A stretch of 64,000 bases of DNA. Source: Alphaproteobacteria bacterium. GTDB lineage: Bacteria > Pseudomonadota > Alphaproteobacteria > JAAXGF01. This document shows, piece after piece, positions 1-11,022 of this stretch; position 1 is the stretch's first letter, and each line of letters starts with the position of its first letter. Location of the stretch: contig CAUVXB020000001.1 in assembly GCA_963555825.3 (NCBI GenBank), positions 1,696,001 to 1,760,000 on the forward strand. The letters are read 5' to 3'. The notes beneath the pieces are model-generated. The model searched no databases and was not told the DNA's origin. It saw only the letters and a list, made by a program, of their open reading frames with translations. A program made the translations under genes and the position numbers.

Positions 1-146
1 CCGAAATCGGCTATTCGTGACAATGGGCCGCTCCAAGGCAGGATTTTGTTACGACGGCAGGGTCGAGCAGGGGAAGGTGGGAACGCTCCGCACCGCCAGA
101 AGCGGTACGATGCCGTGTCTCGAAACCCAACATCGGGAGCATTCCC

Positions 147-1538
147 ATGGCAGTATCCCCGCCTCCGGCGCCTTCGTCCATCGATCTTTCCGGCCTGCCT
201 CCTCGGGTCGTCGAGGCGGCCGCCCGGGTGCTCGCACTGTGTCGCGAGGAGCTTCGTTCCGAGCCGCGCCCCGAGGCGCCCGAGGAGGTCGAGTTGCGGG
301 TGCGTGAGGCCACGAACGAGTTCGCTCGCGATGTCATGGGCGCCGTCATCGAGAACCGGGACGATGGCGCTTCCCGGATCGAGCGGGACGGGCAGAGCTG
401 GTTCCGGGTCGCGGTGACGCCGAAGACGATCATGACCTCGCTCGGTCCGGTGACCTACCGGCGAGCGCGTTACCGCAGCGGCGCGAGCGGGGCATCGCCG
501 GTGCCGGTCGACGAGAGCCTGGGCCTCGTCGACGATTACCTGACGCGGCCGGCGGCCGAGCTCGGTCTGCTGATGATGGGTCACTGCACGGCCCGGGAAG
601 CGGCGGCGTTCTTTGCGAAGACCGGCGCCATGACGCCGTCGGTGAGCACCCTGCAGCGCCTGACCCTGAGCATGCACGAATGCTGGGAGAGCCTCGGCCC
701 GGAGACGCTGGGCAGCATCCGTGAGGCCGAGGGCATACCGCAGGACGCGACCACCGCCTCGGTCTCCCTCGACGGCGTCATGGTGCCGCTGAGACCCGGC
801 GAGGACGGTCGCGCCAAGGCCTCCTGGCGCGAGGCTGCCTGCGGCACGGTCTCCTTCCACGACGCCGAGGGCAAGCGCCTGAAGACCCTCTATCTCGGCC
901 GCATGCCGGAGAGCGGCAAGCTCACGCTGAAGGCGCAGCTTGCAAGCGAAGTCGCACACATCAGGCGAGCACGCCCCGAGATCGGGATCGTCGCTATCGC
1001 CGATGGCGCCGCCGACAACTGGACCTTCCTGGAGACCCTGTCGCCCGAAACCGAGGTGATCGACTTCTGGCATGCTTGCGAACATCTGCAAACCGCGTCC
1101 GACCATGCCGTGGCGCCCGGCTGGTTCGAGAAGTACCGCGAGATCCTCCGTCACGATCCCCGTGGCGTCGCCAAGGTGATCCGGGCGCTGCGCCACCTTC
1201 GCGATGCCGCCGCTGCGCCGGACCGGGCCGAGACCGAGCGGGAACTCGCCTTCTTCCGCAAGCATCGCCATCGCATGCGCTACCACGCCCTGAAGGAAGA
1301 GGGCATCGCCATCGGCTCAGGCGTGGTCGAAGCTGCCAACAAGACCCTGGTGACACAGCGCATGAAGCGCTCCGGCATGCGCTGGCGGATCGTCGGCGGA
1401 CAGGCTGTTCTGACCTTCCGCGCCCTGATCAAATCCGGCCGCTTCGAGCGGGCATGGAAGGCCCTGATCAGCGCAACCGACACACCGGCCAACGACAACA
1501 TCAGTCCACGTGCAGCAGCCATGGCAATCGCTGCCTGA
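147..1538 (+). CDS. ISKra4/ISLre2-like (UPF0236) DDE transposase
   Basis: 463 aa with SLDGVMV, IADGAADNW, IDFWHACEHL and IGSGVVEAANK motifs. Right end ...GAGACTCGCACCC at 1587 abuts IS1380 coding sequence (FETELLAT). Confidence 0.85.
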   Translation: MAVSPPPAPSSIDLSGLPPRVVEAAARVLALCREELRSEPRPEAPEEVELRVREATNEFARDVMGAVIENRDDGASRIERDGQSWFRVAVTPKTIMTSLGPVTYRRARYRSGASGASPVPVDESLGLVDDYLTRPAAELGLLMMGHCTAREAAAFFAKTGAMTPSVSTLQRLTLSMHECWESLGPETLGSIREAEGIPQDATTASVSLDGVMVPLRPGEDGRAKASWREAACGTVSFHDAEGKRLKTLYLGRMPESGKLTLKAQLASEVAHIRRARPEIGIVAIADGAADNWTFLETLSPETEVIDFWHACEHLQTASDHAVAPGWFEKYREILRHDPRGVAKVIRALRHLRDAAAAPDRAETERELAFFRKHRHRMRYHALKEEGIAIGSGVVEAANKTLVTQRMKRSGMRWRIVGGQAVLTFRALIKSGRFERAWKALISATDTPANDNISPRAAAMAIAA

Positions 1539-1587
1539 ACTCAACGAACCAAGCCGCAGACATCACTGCCATGCGAGACTCGCACCC

Positions 1588-2794
1588 GTTCGAGACGGAG
1601 TTACTCGCCACCAATGACAACCTCGCCGCGCTCGCTGACCTTTTGGGCATCTGGATCGACCAGGTTAACGAGCGCAAGCCGCCGAAGATTATCGTGCTCG
1701 ACATGGACAGCTCCGTCAGCCCGACCTACGGTGACCAGGAGGGCACGGCCTACAACGGTCACTTCGGCTGCACGTGCTATCACCCGCTGTTCGTGTTCAA
1801 CCAGTTCGGCGATCTGGAGCGTTGCGCCCTGCGTCCGGGCAACGTGCACAGCGCCCATGAATGGCGCGATGTGTTGGACCCGGTGGTCGCTCGATACCGG
1901 AACAAGACACTCCGGCGTTATTTCCGTGGGGACGCCGCCTTCGCCTCGCCCGAGGTTTATGAGTTTCTGGAAGCGGAAGGCTTCAAGTACGCCATCCGGC
2001 TTCCGGCCAACAAGGTGCTGCACGACAGCATCGCGCACCTGCTCAAGCGCCCCGTCGGTCGGCCGCCGAAGGAAGTTCGTCGGTATTACGCGAACTTCAG
2101 CTATCGGGCCGGTAGCTGGACGGAGCCCCGCCGGGTCGTCGCCAAGGTGGAGTGGCACTCAGGGGAACTGTATCCCCGCGTCGGCCTTGATCGGTTTCAC
2201 CGCTCAAGCGTCACCAACCTGAGCCGTCCTGCCGAGCGGGTTGTTGCGTTCTACAATCAGCGCGGCACTGCCGAGCAATGGATCAAGGAAGGCAAGAACG
2301 CCATCAAGTGGACGCGGCTGTCATGCCGTTCGTTACGCAACAATGCCGTCCGGCTCCAGCTGCATGCACTCGCCTATAACCTCGGCAACTTCATGCGTAC
2401 CCTGGCGTTGCCCGATGCCGTGGAGCAATGGTCGCTGACGACGCTGAGGGAGAAGCTGGTCAAGATCGGTGCGAAAGTTGTCAGCCATGGCCGGTACGTC
2501 ACATTTCAATTGGCCGAGGTTGCAGTCCCAAGAAGCTTGTCCCAGAAAATCTTGAGCCTGATTGATGATCTACGACGAAGACCCGCTCCGGCGTAGGCCG
2601 AGGGAATCGACGGCAAGGAGATTGCGACACGAGAGGTGTGTCTGGATGGCAAGAGAAACGACCAAATGGCCTTCCACGCGCTGGCCGATTACCAAAATCA
2701 TGTCATCGGATCGCTGCAATGGGAACAGAGTTCCCTTGGAGATGGGGCCGTGGTACGATTTCCGCGAATTTGGATGTCATCTGGGGAATGTCGG
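1588..2794 (+). mobile_element. IS1380-family element, 3' part (transposase interrupted by the ISKra4-like element; 5' part outside window)
   Basis: Translation FETELLAT...LDMDSSVSPT...GTAEQWIKEGKNAIKW...RRRPAPA, stop at 2596. Right end GGGGAATGTCGG at 2783-2794 is shared with the other IS1380 copies. Confidence 0.9.
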
Positions 2795-2858
2795 ATAAAA
2801 TTGTTGAACGCGCAATCGACTTGCGGCTTTCATGTTGGGCGTTTGGAGGGCATTCACC

Positions 2859-4214
2859 ATGAAACCTGGATTGGCTGGCAATTTCCGGGGGTATCGGCAG
2901 GCCCAGCCTGCCGGCATCGACGAGGAACTCGCCCGCGTCGGACCGGGCACCCCGTGCGGTGAGTATCTGCGCTGCTTCTGGCACCCGGTCTTCATCACCA
3001 GCGAGCTCGACGATCTGCCAAAGGCGATCAAGATTCTCGGCGAGGAGCTGGTGCTGTTTCGCTATGGCGGCGGCGACGGGATCGGCCTGGTTCACAAATT
3101 CTGCCCGCACCGGCGCGCGTCACTCGAATTCGGCCGCTGCGAAGATCGTGGTATCCGTTGCTGCTATCATGGCTGGCTGTTCGCGCCGGACGGCGAAATC
3201 CTCGAGACGCCCGCTGAATTCTTGGATTCAAGAACCGCCATGCAGCTCCGCAAGGGCATTCGTCTGGGCGCCTATCCGGTGATCGAATACAACGGCCTGG
3301 TCTTCGCCTATATGGGGGCGCCGGAACGAATGCCGGACTTCCCGATCTATGATGCCTTCGAGATGGCGGACATCACCCGGCGTCCCTACAAGGCGTCCTA
3401 TGCCTGTAACTGGGTTCAGGTGCTCGACGCCATCATGGACCCGGCCCACACCACTTTCCTGCACAGCAAGAATAGCCGCCTGCAGTTCTCCGAAGGCATG
3501 TCGAGCATCGGCGAGCTCAAATTCTACGAGCGCCACGACAACCACTTGCTGGGCTCGTCCACGCGCCGGGTCGGTGACAATGCCTGGGTGCGGCTGAACG
3601 AACTGATCCTGCCCAACTTCACCCAGGCGGGCGCGGCCTACGCCGCCGACGGCACCAAGCCGCGCTACTTCGGCCGTTCCGCCTTCACCCGCTGGGTGGT
3701 GCCGGTGGATGACGAAAACGCCATCGCCTATGCCTGGGGCAATTTCGGCGAGCGCGGCGATCCTCACGAATACAACAGCAAGGAAGGCTGCGAACTGATC
3801 GAACAGGGCGAAATTATGGATCGCTCGCCCGAGGAAAGGCAGCGTCACCCGGGGGATTGCGAAGCCGTCGAGGGCATGGGCGCCATTTCCACCCAGAAGG
3901 GCGAAAATCTCATGCCGACCGACCGTGGCGTTGCCCTCTACCGCCGCACCATCCGCCGCCACATCCGTGAACTGGCCGACGGCAAGCAGCCGCCGCAGCC
4001 ACGCGCGCCCGAGGGCGGCTCGGTGCGCACCTATGGCCAGGATACGATCCTCCGCCTGCCGCCCATGGAGGGCGAAGACGACCGGGCCTACCTCATGAAG
4101 ATCGGCGCCGCGGTCATGGATATGGAGTTCGAATACGAGCGCCATGGCGATGCCGAGCGGGATGCGGCGATCATCGAGAACTTGATCGAAATCGAAGCCA
4201 ACGGCATCGCCTGA
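2859..4214 (+). CDS. Rieske non-heme iron oxygenase alpha subunit (phthalate dioxygenase/vanillate demethylase-like)
   Basis: Rieske motif CPHRRASL...CCYHGW; mononuclear iron motif DAIMDPAHTTFLH; GGAGG RBS before ATG 2859. Confidence 0.85.
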   Translation: MKPGLAGNFRGYRQAQPAGIDEELARVGPGTPCGEYLRCFWHPVFITSELDDLPKAIKILGEELVLFRYGGGDGIGLVHKFCPHRRASLEFGRCEDRGIRCCYHGWLFAPDGEILETPAEFLDSRTAMQLRKGIRLGAYPVIEYNGLVFAYMGAPERMPDFPIYDAFEMADITRRPYKASYACNWVQVLDAIMDPAHTTFLHSKNSRLQFSEGMSSIGELKFYERHDNHLLGSSTRRVGDNAWVRLNELILPNFTQAGAAYAADGTKPRYFGRSAFTRWVVPVDDENAIAYAWGNFGERGDPHEYNSKEGCELIEQGEIMDRSPEERQRHPGDCEAVEGMGAISTQKGENLMPTDRGVALYRRTIRRHIRELADGKQPPQPRAPEGGSVRTYGQDTILRLPPMEGEDDRAYLMKIGAAVMDMEFEYERHGDAERDAAIIENLIEIEANGIA

Positions 4215-5230
4215 TGGCGATAAAGGTCCACATCAAGAACAACCGCTGGGCGGAAGGCTCGTTCCCAAATACGCCGGAAGGCGAAGAGGTCTTCACCATC
4301 ACCCGGGGGCGGTTCGAGAGCGCCGTCGCGGAATTTCCCGATATCGCCGACGCCATCGAAGTCTTCATCGATTGGGACAGCGAGAATTTCGCCGCATCGA
4401 TGAAGGACGCCGAGGTTCTGCTGACCTGGAACCTGCCGACCGAAGATCTCGGCGACGTGGCCCCGAAGCTGAAATGGATTCACTGCATCGGCGCCGGCGT
4501 CGAACATCTGCTGCCGATGGACTGGCTGCCCGAAGGCGTCGTGCTGACCAACAACAAGGGCGTGCACGCCGCCAAAGCCGGCGAATTCGGCCTGATGAGC
4601 ATACTGATGCTCCATTCCCATATGCCGACTATCGTCACCAACCAGCGCGATCGGGTCTATGATTCGCTCTATGCCTCGCCGATTGCCGGCAAGACCCTGG
4701 TGGTCATCGGCACCGGCACGCTGGGCGGTTCGGTGGCCAAGAAGCTGCAGGGACTCGGGGTTCACGTCATTGGCGTCAACCGGCACGGCAAGCCGGTCGA
4801 TGGCTGCGATGAGATCGTCACCAGCGGCCAACTGGAAGAGGTTCTGCCGCGCGCCGATTATCTGCTGTGCGCAACCCCGGACACGCCGGATACACGCGGG
4901 CTGCTCGGCCGCCGCCAGCTAGACCTGATGAAAACGCGCGCCGGCCTGGTGAACATCGGCCGCCAATCGATCGTCGACTATGATGCCCTGTGCGACAAGC
5001 TTGAAGAGGGCAGCCTGGCGGGCGCAATTGTCGATGTGTTCGACGCCGAACCGATCGCCGCCTCATCTCGGCTCTGGAACACCAGGAACCTGATCATCAC
5101 GCCCCACGTCTCGGCCGATGACGGCGATGCCTATGTGCCGATGACGATCGACTTGTTCCTGCGCAACATGGCGCTTCATCTGGCCGGCAAACCGCTGCTC
5201 AATCCGGTGCGCCCGGAACTGGGATATTAG
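4214..5230 (+). CDS. D-2-hydroxyacid dehydrogenase family protein (NAD-binding)
   Basis: GAGVEH, GTGTLG Rossmann motif, LVNIGR, DVFDAEP, ITPHVS; TGATG overlap with the upstream gene. Confidence 0.9.
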   Translation: MAIKVHIKNNRWAEGSFPNTPEGEEVFTITRGRFESAVAEFPDIADAIEVFIDWDSENFAASMKDAEVLLTWNLPTEDLGDVAPKLKWIHCIGAGVEHLLPMDWLPEGVVLTNNKGVHAAKAGEFGLMSILMLHSHMPTIVTNQRDRVYDSLYASPIAGKTLVVIGTGTLGGSVAKKLQGLGVHVIGVNRHGKPVDGCDEIVTSGQLEEVLPRADYLLCATPDTPDTRGLLGRRQLDLMKTRAGLVNIGRQSIVDYDALCDKLEEGSLAGAIVDVFDAEPIAASSRLWNTRNLIITPHVSADDGDAYVPMTIDLFLRNMALHLAGKPLLNPVRPELGY

Positions 5231-5419
5231 CCGTGTGATGGCGAAGCAGGGCAATACCGGTTGATAAAGGGTAACTACCCAGGTACCCCGCTCCTGACCG
5301 CGAGAGGATGATGTAGGTGGTCGCCGGGGCCGGGTTTCCGCCGCCGCGTCGTTGATCGTCTCTTGACTCCATAGAATCGGGCGTCTATGGGTTGCGCTCT
5401 CGTGTGACGGGAGCGGCGC

Positions 5420-6085
5420 GTGGGATATTTCGGGTCGAAGGCGACGAGCGGTCTGTGCCAGGCGCTGATTGCGCTGATGCCGCCGCACAGCGTTTACATC
5501 GAGAGCCACCTGGGGGGCGGTGCGCTGATGAAGCGCAAGCCAACGGGCGTGCGCTCGATCGGCATCGACCGCGATGCGCAGGCGCTCGAGGCCTTTGCCT
5601 GTGACTACCCGGTCGAGTTGGTGCATGGCTGTGCCCATGCCTTTTTGGCCTCGTTCCCGTTTCTGGGCCCGGAGCTGGTCTACAGCGATCCCCCCTATCT
5701 GCACGCGACCCGCCGTTCGGCACGGCGCTATCGCTTCGACTACGAGGAGGTCGACCATGTCGCGCTCCTGGACCTGCTCAAGGATCTGCCCTGCCAGGTG
5801 ATGGTCTCGGGCCATCCCTCGGCGCTCTATGACGAGATGCTGGCGGGCTGGCGCAGTCTGGCGCTGCAGGTGACGACCCAGGCCCAGGTGCGGACCGAGG
5901 TCGTGTGGTTCAACTTCGCGCCCGACCGGGTGCATTGGGCGAGCTACGCAGGCCGGAACTTCACCGACCGCCAGCGCATCAAGCGTAAGGCGGCCAACTG
6001 GGGCCGGCGTTACAAGGCCTTGCCGGCGGGCGAACGCCTCGCGGTGCTGGCCGCCATGATGGCCGTCGATGCCGAGGACCCGTGA
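5420..6085 (+). CDS. Small Dam/D12-class N6-adenine DNA methyltransferase (IS passenger)
   Basis: YFGSK; YIESHLGGGA (motif I-like); YSDPPY (motif IV); VMVSG; RTEVVW. Confidence 0.8.
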   Translation: MGYFGSKATSGLCQALIALMPPHSVYIESHLGGGALMKRKPTGVRSIGIDRDAQALEAFACDYPVELVHGCAHAFLASFPFLGPELVYSDPPYLHATRRSARRYRFDYEEVDHVALLDLLKDLPCQVMVSGHPSALYDEMLAGWRSLALQVTTQAQVRTEVVWFNFAPDRVHWASYAGRNFTDRQRIKRKAANWGRRYKALPAGERLAVLAAMMAVDAEDP

Positions 6086-7620
6086 CGCTGTCGCGCTGGC
6101 ACGAGGACCTCGCCGCCCATGACGAGGCCTTCGCGTGCCTGCAAGATCTTCTTGACCCCTCATCCTTCGCAACCACAGTCGTCAAGGCCTTCCGGGAATG
6201 GGGCCAGGGGCTGTTGCGCCTGGCCACGGCGCTCGTCCGGGAGAATGCCGCGCTCGAGCGGGAGAACGCGACCCTGCGGGACCGCATCGCCGAGCTCGAG
6301 CGGAGCGCGGCGCTTGACAGCACCACCAGCAGCAAGCCGCCCGCCAGCGACGGCCTGCGCAAGAAGAGCGGAACCCAGAGGCGCACCCGAAGCCAGCGCG
6401 GCAAGTCCGGCAGGCCAAGCGGCGGCCAGCCGGGCCACAAGGGAACGACGCTGGCGCGGACCGAGAGCCCGGACCATGTTGTGGATCATGACCCCTCCGC
6501 CTGTTCGGGCTGCGGCGCACCGCTGTCGGACGCCGACCGTCACCGCGCGCCCGTCTGTCGACAGGTCTTCGATGTGCCCGAGCCACGCCCCCTGGAGGTC
6601 ACCGAACACCGCGCCCATCGCTGCCTCTGCGGCGCCTGCGCCACCGTGACAGGAGCCGTCTTCCCGGACGGCGTGACCGCCCCGGTCCAGTACGGGCCAC
6701 GCATCACCGCCTGGGTGAGCTACCTGCTGTACGCCCAGTTCGTTCCCGAGAAGCGCTTGGCCGAACTCATGAGCGACCTCTTCGCAGTGTCCATCTCCAC
6801 AGCCACGATCACCGCCATGGGCCGGCGAACCGCCAGGCGCTTCGAGCCCTTCCTCGCCCATGTCGCAGACGTGATCCGCACAGCGGTCCCGGTCAAGCAC
6901 CTCGACGAAACCGGCCTGCGGATCGCCGCCCGTACCCGCTGGCTCCACGTGCTGTGCACCCCATTCCTGACCGTCCTGCGCATCGGCGCGGGACGCGGCG
7001 ATGTCGAAAAGGACCTCGAAGGCATCCTCATCCATGACGATTACGCCGCCTACTTCACCCTCAAGGGCGTGCGCCACGGCGCCTGCAACGCCCATCACCT
7101 GCGCGAACTCCAGGCCCTGATCGACATCGAGAAGGAAGACTGGGCAAAGAGCATGCACCGCCTCCTTGAGCGCGCACACAGGGCTACCCGCTTCTCCCGT
7201 GAGAACGGCCGCGACGTGCCCGCCTCCCTGGTGGCCCGGATCTCGCGGGCCTGGGCCCGCATCCTCGACCACGCCATCGCCTTCCACGAGGCGCAGCCGC
7301 CGCTCCGGACCGGCAAGCGCGGACGAAAGAAACGCCGCATCGGTCATAACCTCGCGCTCCGCCTCCGCAAGCACAAGGAGGGATGCCTGCGATTCCTCAC
7401 CGACCCGCGCACGCCGTTTACGAACAATGAGGCCGAACGTGACCTCCGAATGGCCAAGCTGCGCCAGAAGATCTCCGGTGGCTTCCGCTCCGAGAGGGGT
7501 GCCTACAACTTCGCCAGAATGCGTGCCGTCATCGCCACCGCCCGAAAGCAAGGCTGGAACGTCCTCCAGACCCTGGTGCATCCCGATCCGATGCAACTAA
7601 TCCCCCAACTGCGCCTCTGA
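6082..7620 (+). CDS. IS66 transposase
   Basis: DSTTSSKPPASD, GGQPGHKG, CxxC zinc ribbons, HLDETG, HGACNAHHLREL, TNNEAERDLR. Confidence 0.95.
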   Translation: MTLSRWHEDLAAHDEAFACLQDLLDPSSFATTVVKAFREWGQGLLRLATALVRENAALERENATLRDRIAELERSAALDSTTSSKPPASDGLRKKSGTQRRTRSQRGKSGRPSGGQPGHKGTTLARTESPDHVVDHDPSACSGCGAPLSDADRHRAPVCRQVFDVPEPRPLEVTEHRAHRCLCGACATVTGAVFPDGVTAPVQYGPRITAWVSYLLYAQFVPEKRLAELMSDLFAVSISTATITAMGRRTARRFEPFLAHVADVIRTAVPVKHLDETGLRIAARTRWLHVLCTPFLTVLRIGAGRGDVEKDLEGILIHDDYAAYFTLKGVRHGACNAHHLRELQALIDIEKEDWAKSMHRLLERAHRATRFSRENGRDVPASLVARISRAWARILDHAIAFHEAQPPLRTGKRGRKKRRIGHNLALRLRKHKEGCLRFLTDPRTPFTNNEAERDLRMAKLRQKISGGFRSERGAYNFARMRAVIATARKQGWNVLQTLVHPDPMQLIPQLRL

Positions 7621-7713
7621 GAACACCGGCACCGCTACCAGCCCGGACCCCCACGATCCCTCACATACAAACGCTCGGGCCAATCAGACCTGGGTAGTTA
7701 CAAATAGAAAAAA

Positions 7714-10700
7714 TTATTTGATCGTTTTCTCGATGAACCCGAGTGTATTGGCGTTCTCGATCAAGGTTCGTACTTTCGCGCGATCCAGACCGGATGGAAC
7801 TTCGGCGTCGATCTCGAGTTTTAGGGTAACCTCGCTGCCGGGAAGGGTCGTGAGTTGCTCGACAACGGCCTCGACGATTTGATGGATATCCCGCGCCGGC
7901 CGGTCCGACGAAACCATGACAGTGCCAATGAACCGGGTCGGTTTCGTTTCGGTTTCCCGGCCGTTATCCACCACGCCAACATCATCTTCCGGTGTCTTCG
8001 TGCCACCCGAAGAAGGCGAACCGTCGTTTAGGTCTCCAGAGAGACCCGCGGCGGCGGGCGGTGCGCTTCGGCGATATCCGGTCTCACAATGAGACTTTCG
8101 TTGCCGATGACCACCTGGACGTTCGCCGCGTTATCTATAGTAAGACCTTGGTAGGTTCGAGCGGTCTCGTCCCAGCTTTCGGCGTAGGCGAATGGCCCCG
8201 GCAGCATGCCCCCGATGGCCGAGGCGACGGTCCTGACAAGCACCGAGCGGTCCTTCAGCCGCGGCAGGTAGGTATAGCGGTCGAGATATTCCCTGAGATC
8301 CTGCAGGGACAGATGGTCCTTACCGTTCCATATGTACCTCTGGAGTTCTCGATCCAGTCTCGCCGGACCGAGGTCGGGCAGAAGGCCTTCCTCGTCGACG
8401 AGCCTTTTGCTCGCTCGTCCAAGAAGGCCGTCGCGGGCTGGCACCTTACCCGATGTCCACGCAACATCCGCCTCCGCGCCTTCTTGCGTCGGATATAGAA
8501 GGTAGCACCAAGCCTCTTTGAGGCGCGTTCGCACGGTCTCGTTCGCCTCAGCTAGCTTTGCCTTCGCAAGCGCGCTATCGCTTTGGGTCAGGTTGAGACG
8601 TTCCGTTTCGCGAACGATCCCGTCCCAGGCCAAGACCCCGCGCATGGCCTCCTTGAGGTTGTCGAGTTGCCGCGTCTCGGCGGCGAGAAACACCAGCACA
8701 TTGCGATAGACGCGCGGCGTGCCTCCCCGTTGCATCAAAATATCTTTGGCCACCGTCATCGCCTCGGACCCGTCGCGGCCGTTATGGGAATGCGCGATAC
8801 CGAGCACGATGGCGCGCACTCCGCCCGCTTCATCCGGCACGTCTGCAGAGCTTCCAGGCGCCACCTGCACGGCGTCGAAGCGGCCGCGGTCACCGAGCCC
8901 GTTGATATAGGCCGCCAACAACTTGTCGATCTCCACCAGAACAAGCGCTTCCTCGACCTGTTCGGCCCGGTCGGCAGCGACACGGTTGAGGCTCGCCGAC
9001 ATGGAGTACCAATAGCGGCCGAGATCGCCGTGCATGAACCTGGCCCGGTTGCCGAGCCGCCTCAGCGCGTCGCCGAAGACCGCCGGCTTCTCGCCCGGCT
9101 GCACGACGCCCAGATTGATCTGCTTGTCGTCGAGGCCTCTATTCTCTTGCTGGTGCGTCGGGGCCGTGCCCATGAAGATGGCGCGGGCAACCCGCCGGGT
9201 CGCGGAGTATCGGTTCAGATTGGGGGCCGACTGATCGATTTTGTAGGGGATCGACTCCGGGCCGTCGACATCGCCAGCGATGATCGATTGCCAACTCACC
9301 TCGAGATAGTGAAGCAACTCCGATTCTACGCGCGCCGAACCGACCGCTACGCTCCCCGGCATGATCATCACCGAGGGATCGTTGTTCATCCACAGTTCGT
9401 GAATGGCTTGGGCCATCAGCCGCAGCACGCCGCGCGTGCGTTGAAATCGCTCCAGTGAGCCCCAGCCCGTATAGAGCTGATCGAAGAGTTCCGGATGGAT
9501 GGGGTAAGCTTTCTCAAGTTTGCGCCGGTAATCTTCATCGGCCGAGCCGCGAGGAAACTCGTTTGCGTTTTCTCGATAGAGCTTGGCGAACTGCTTCAGC
9601 GTGTTGTCCCGGTGGTGAAACTTGTCGCCGGGAATGTCCTTGAACAGCCGCCGGCGGACGATTTCGTAGCTCTCTTCCTGCGATGCCGGCCGCCAGGACG
9701 ACTCGACCCGGGAGAAGGTCTGCTTGAGCCTGACCAGCGCTTCCTGTCCGCCGTCTCCGCCGACCTCGATCTGCGAAGCCGGAAGCGCCGCCACAAGTAG
9801 CGTTCCGGGACTGGTCTTGACCGCCTCCGTCAAGGACTGAACGAAGCTCAAGTTGGCGTCGAAGGAGCCGGACGGCAGGCCATCGACCTTGTATATCTGG
9901 CGTAGATAGGCCACCCACTCGTCGATCAGGATCAGGCACGGCGAGCATTTCCTGAAAATTTCCTCCAGGAGGTTCGACCCAGGCGCGATACCCTTGGCGT
10001 CGTTCTCGGCGATCATGTCGAAGGCGTCCGCGCCGCCCAGTTGCCAGGCCATCTCGCCCCAGGTCGTGCGAAATTCGCGGCCGCCTTCCTGGGCGTTGAC
10101 GTCCTGCGGGCCGCGCCATGTGCCGACCACAACCGCGCGGTTGATATGTTGCGGTACCGCCGCGCCGTGCTCCGACAGAAGCTGGTCGAGGCCGGGCAAA
10201 TCCCGCGCCGGCGTTCCGCCGGCCATATGATAAAGCGCCAGCATGGAGTGGGTCTTGCCGCCGCCAAAATTGGTCTGAAGCTCGACCACCGGATCGCCGC
10301 CCGCGTCGGAGAGTCTCTTGGCGGCGCCGACCAGAAGCGCGCCGAGGCCGTCGGTGAGGTAGGTGCGGCCAAAGAACTCCCGCGGATCGCCGTATTCCGA
10401 AGGCGCGCTGCCGGCATGGACCTTGCCGAGATCGGCGGCGAACTCCGCCTGCAGGAACTCGCCGGTCGCAACGTCCTGGTGTGGCTCGACGACCTCGCGC
10501 CACGGCAGCAACCCTCCAGCCGCATCGACAGAAATCTCTGAGCGGCTGGTCTTGCGGCGCTCCTCGTTGCGCTGAAGCTCGGTGAACTTGGTGCGCAGGA
10601 TCGTGTCACGCATCTTGCCGAGTTGTTCGGCGGGTGCGCCGGCGCCGATCGCTTGCATCAGGCGCCGCATGGAATCCAACGCGCGTTCGGCATCGTCATA

Positions 10701-11009
10701 GGTAAACGTCTCGTTATGCGAGAGCTTGTTACGGATATCGACCAGTTCGTTCACGATCGAGCGTTCGGCGCGCCCCAGCACGGCCTTGAAGGCGTCCGTC
10801 CAGAACCGGTCCATCGCGTTGAGCAGTGCGGCCTGATCCCAAGCAATATTTCCGTTGGAATCGGGCTTCAGACCGTTCACCCGCTCAGCCGTCGCGACCT
10901 GCCAGTGTCCGGTCAGCGCGCTTTCCAGGCGTTTTTCGACAAAGGGAATCAGCGCGTCGGGCAGGATCTCCATGCCCTCGAAAACATGTTGGCGCGTGCT
11001 CTTGGCCAT
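7714..11009 (-). pseudogene. Swt1-like HEPN-DUF499 AAA+ ATPase; C-terminal domain (7714-~8040) separated by a frameshift
   Basis: N-terminal RNKLSH (HEPN RxxxxH); LPWREVVEPHQDV; Walker A QTNFGGGKTHS; Walker B ILIDEW; YPIHPE; FQRTRGVLRLMA. The typical C-terminus (RFIGTV...RTLIENANTLGF) continues in another frame after stop 8028. Confidence 0.8.
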
Positions 11010-11022
11010 GCGCTACATCTCC

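Larger units (their letters stand above)
5271..7701 (+). mobile_element. IS66-family (single-ORF, ISBst12-like) element carrying a DNA methyltransferase
   Basis: Perfect 14-bp terminal IRs GTAACTACCCAGGT (5271-5284) and ACCTGGGTAGTTAC (7688-7701); no target duplication visible. Confidence 0.9.

Noticed and set aside
1076-2596. 506-aa ORF as a novel fusion transposase
   Set aside because: Chance read-through from an alternative ISKra4 frame into the interrupted IS1380 gene.
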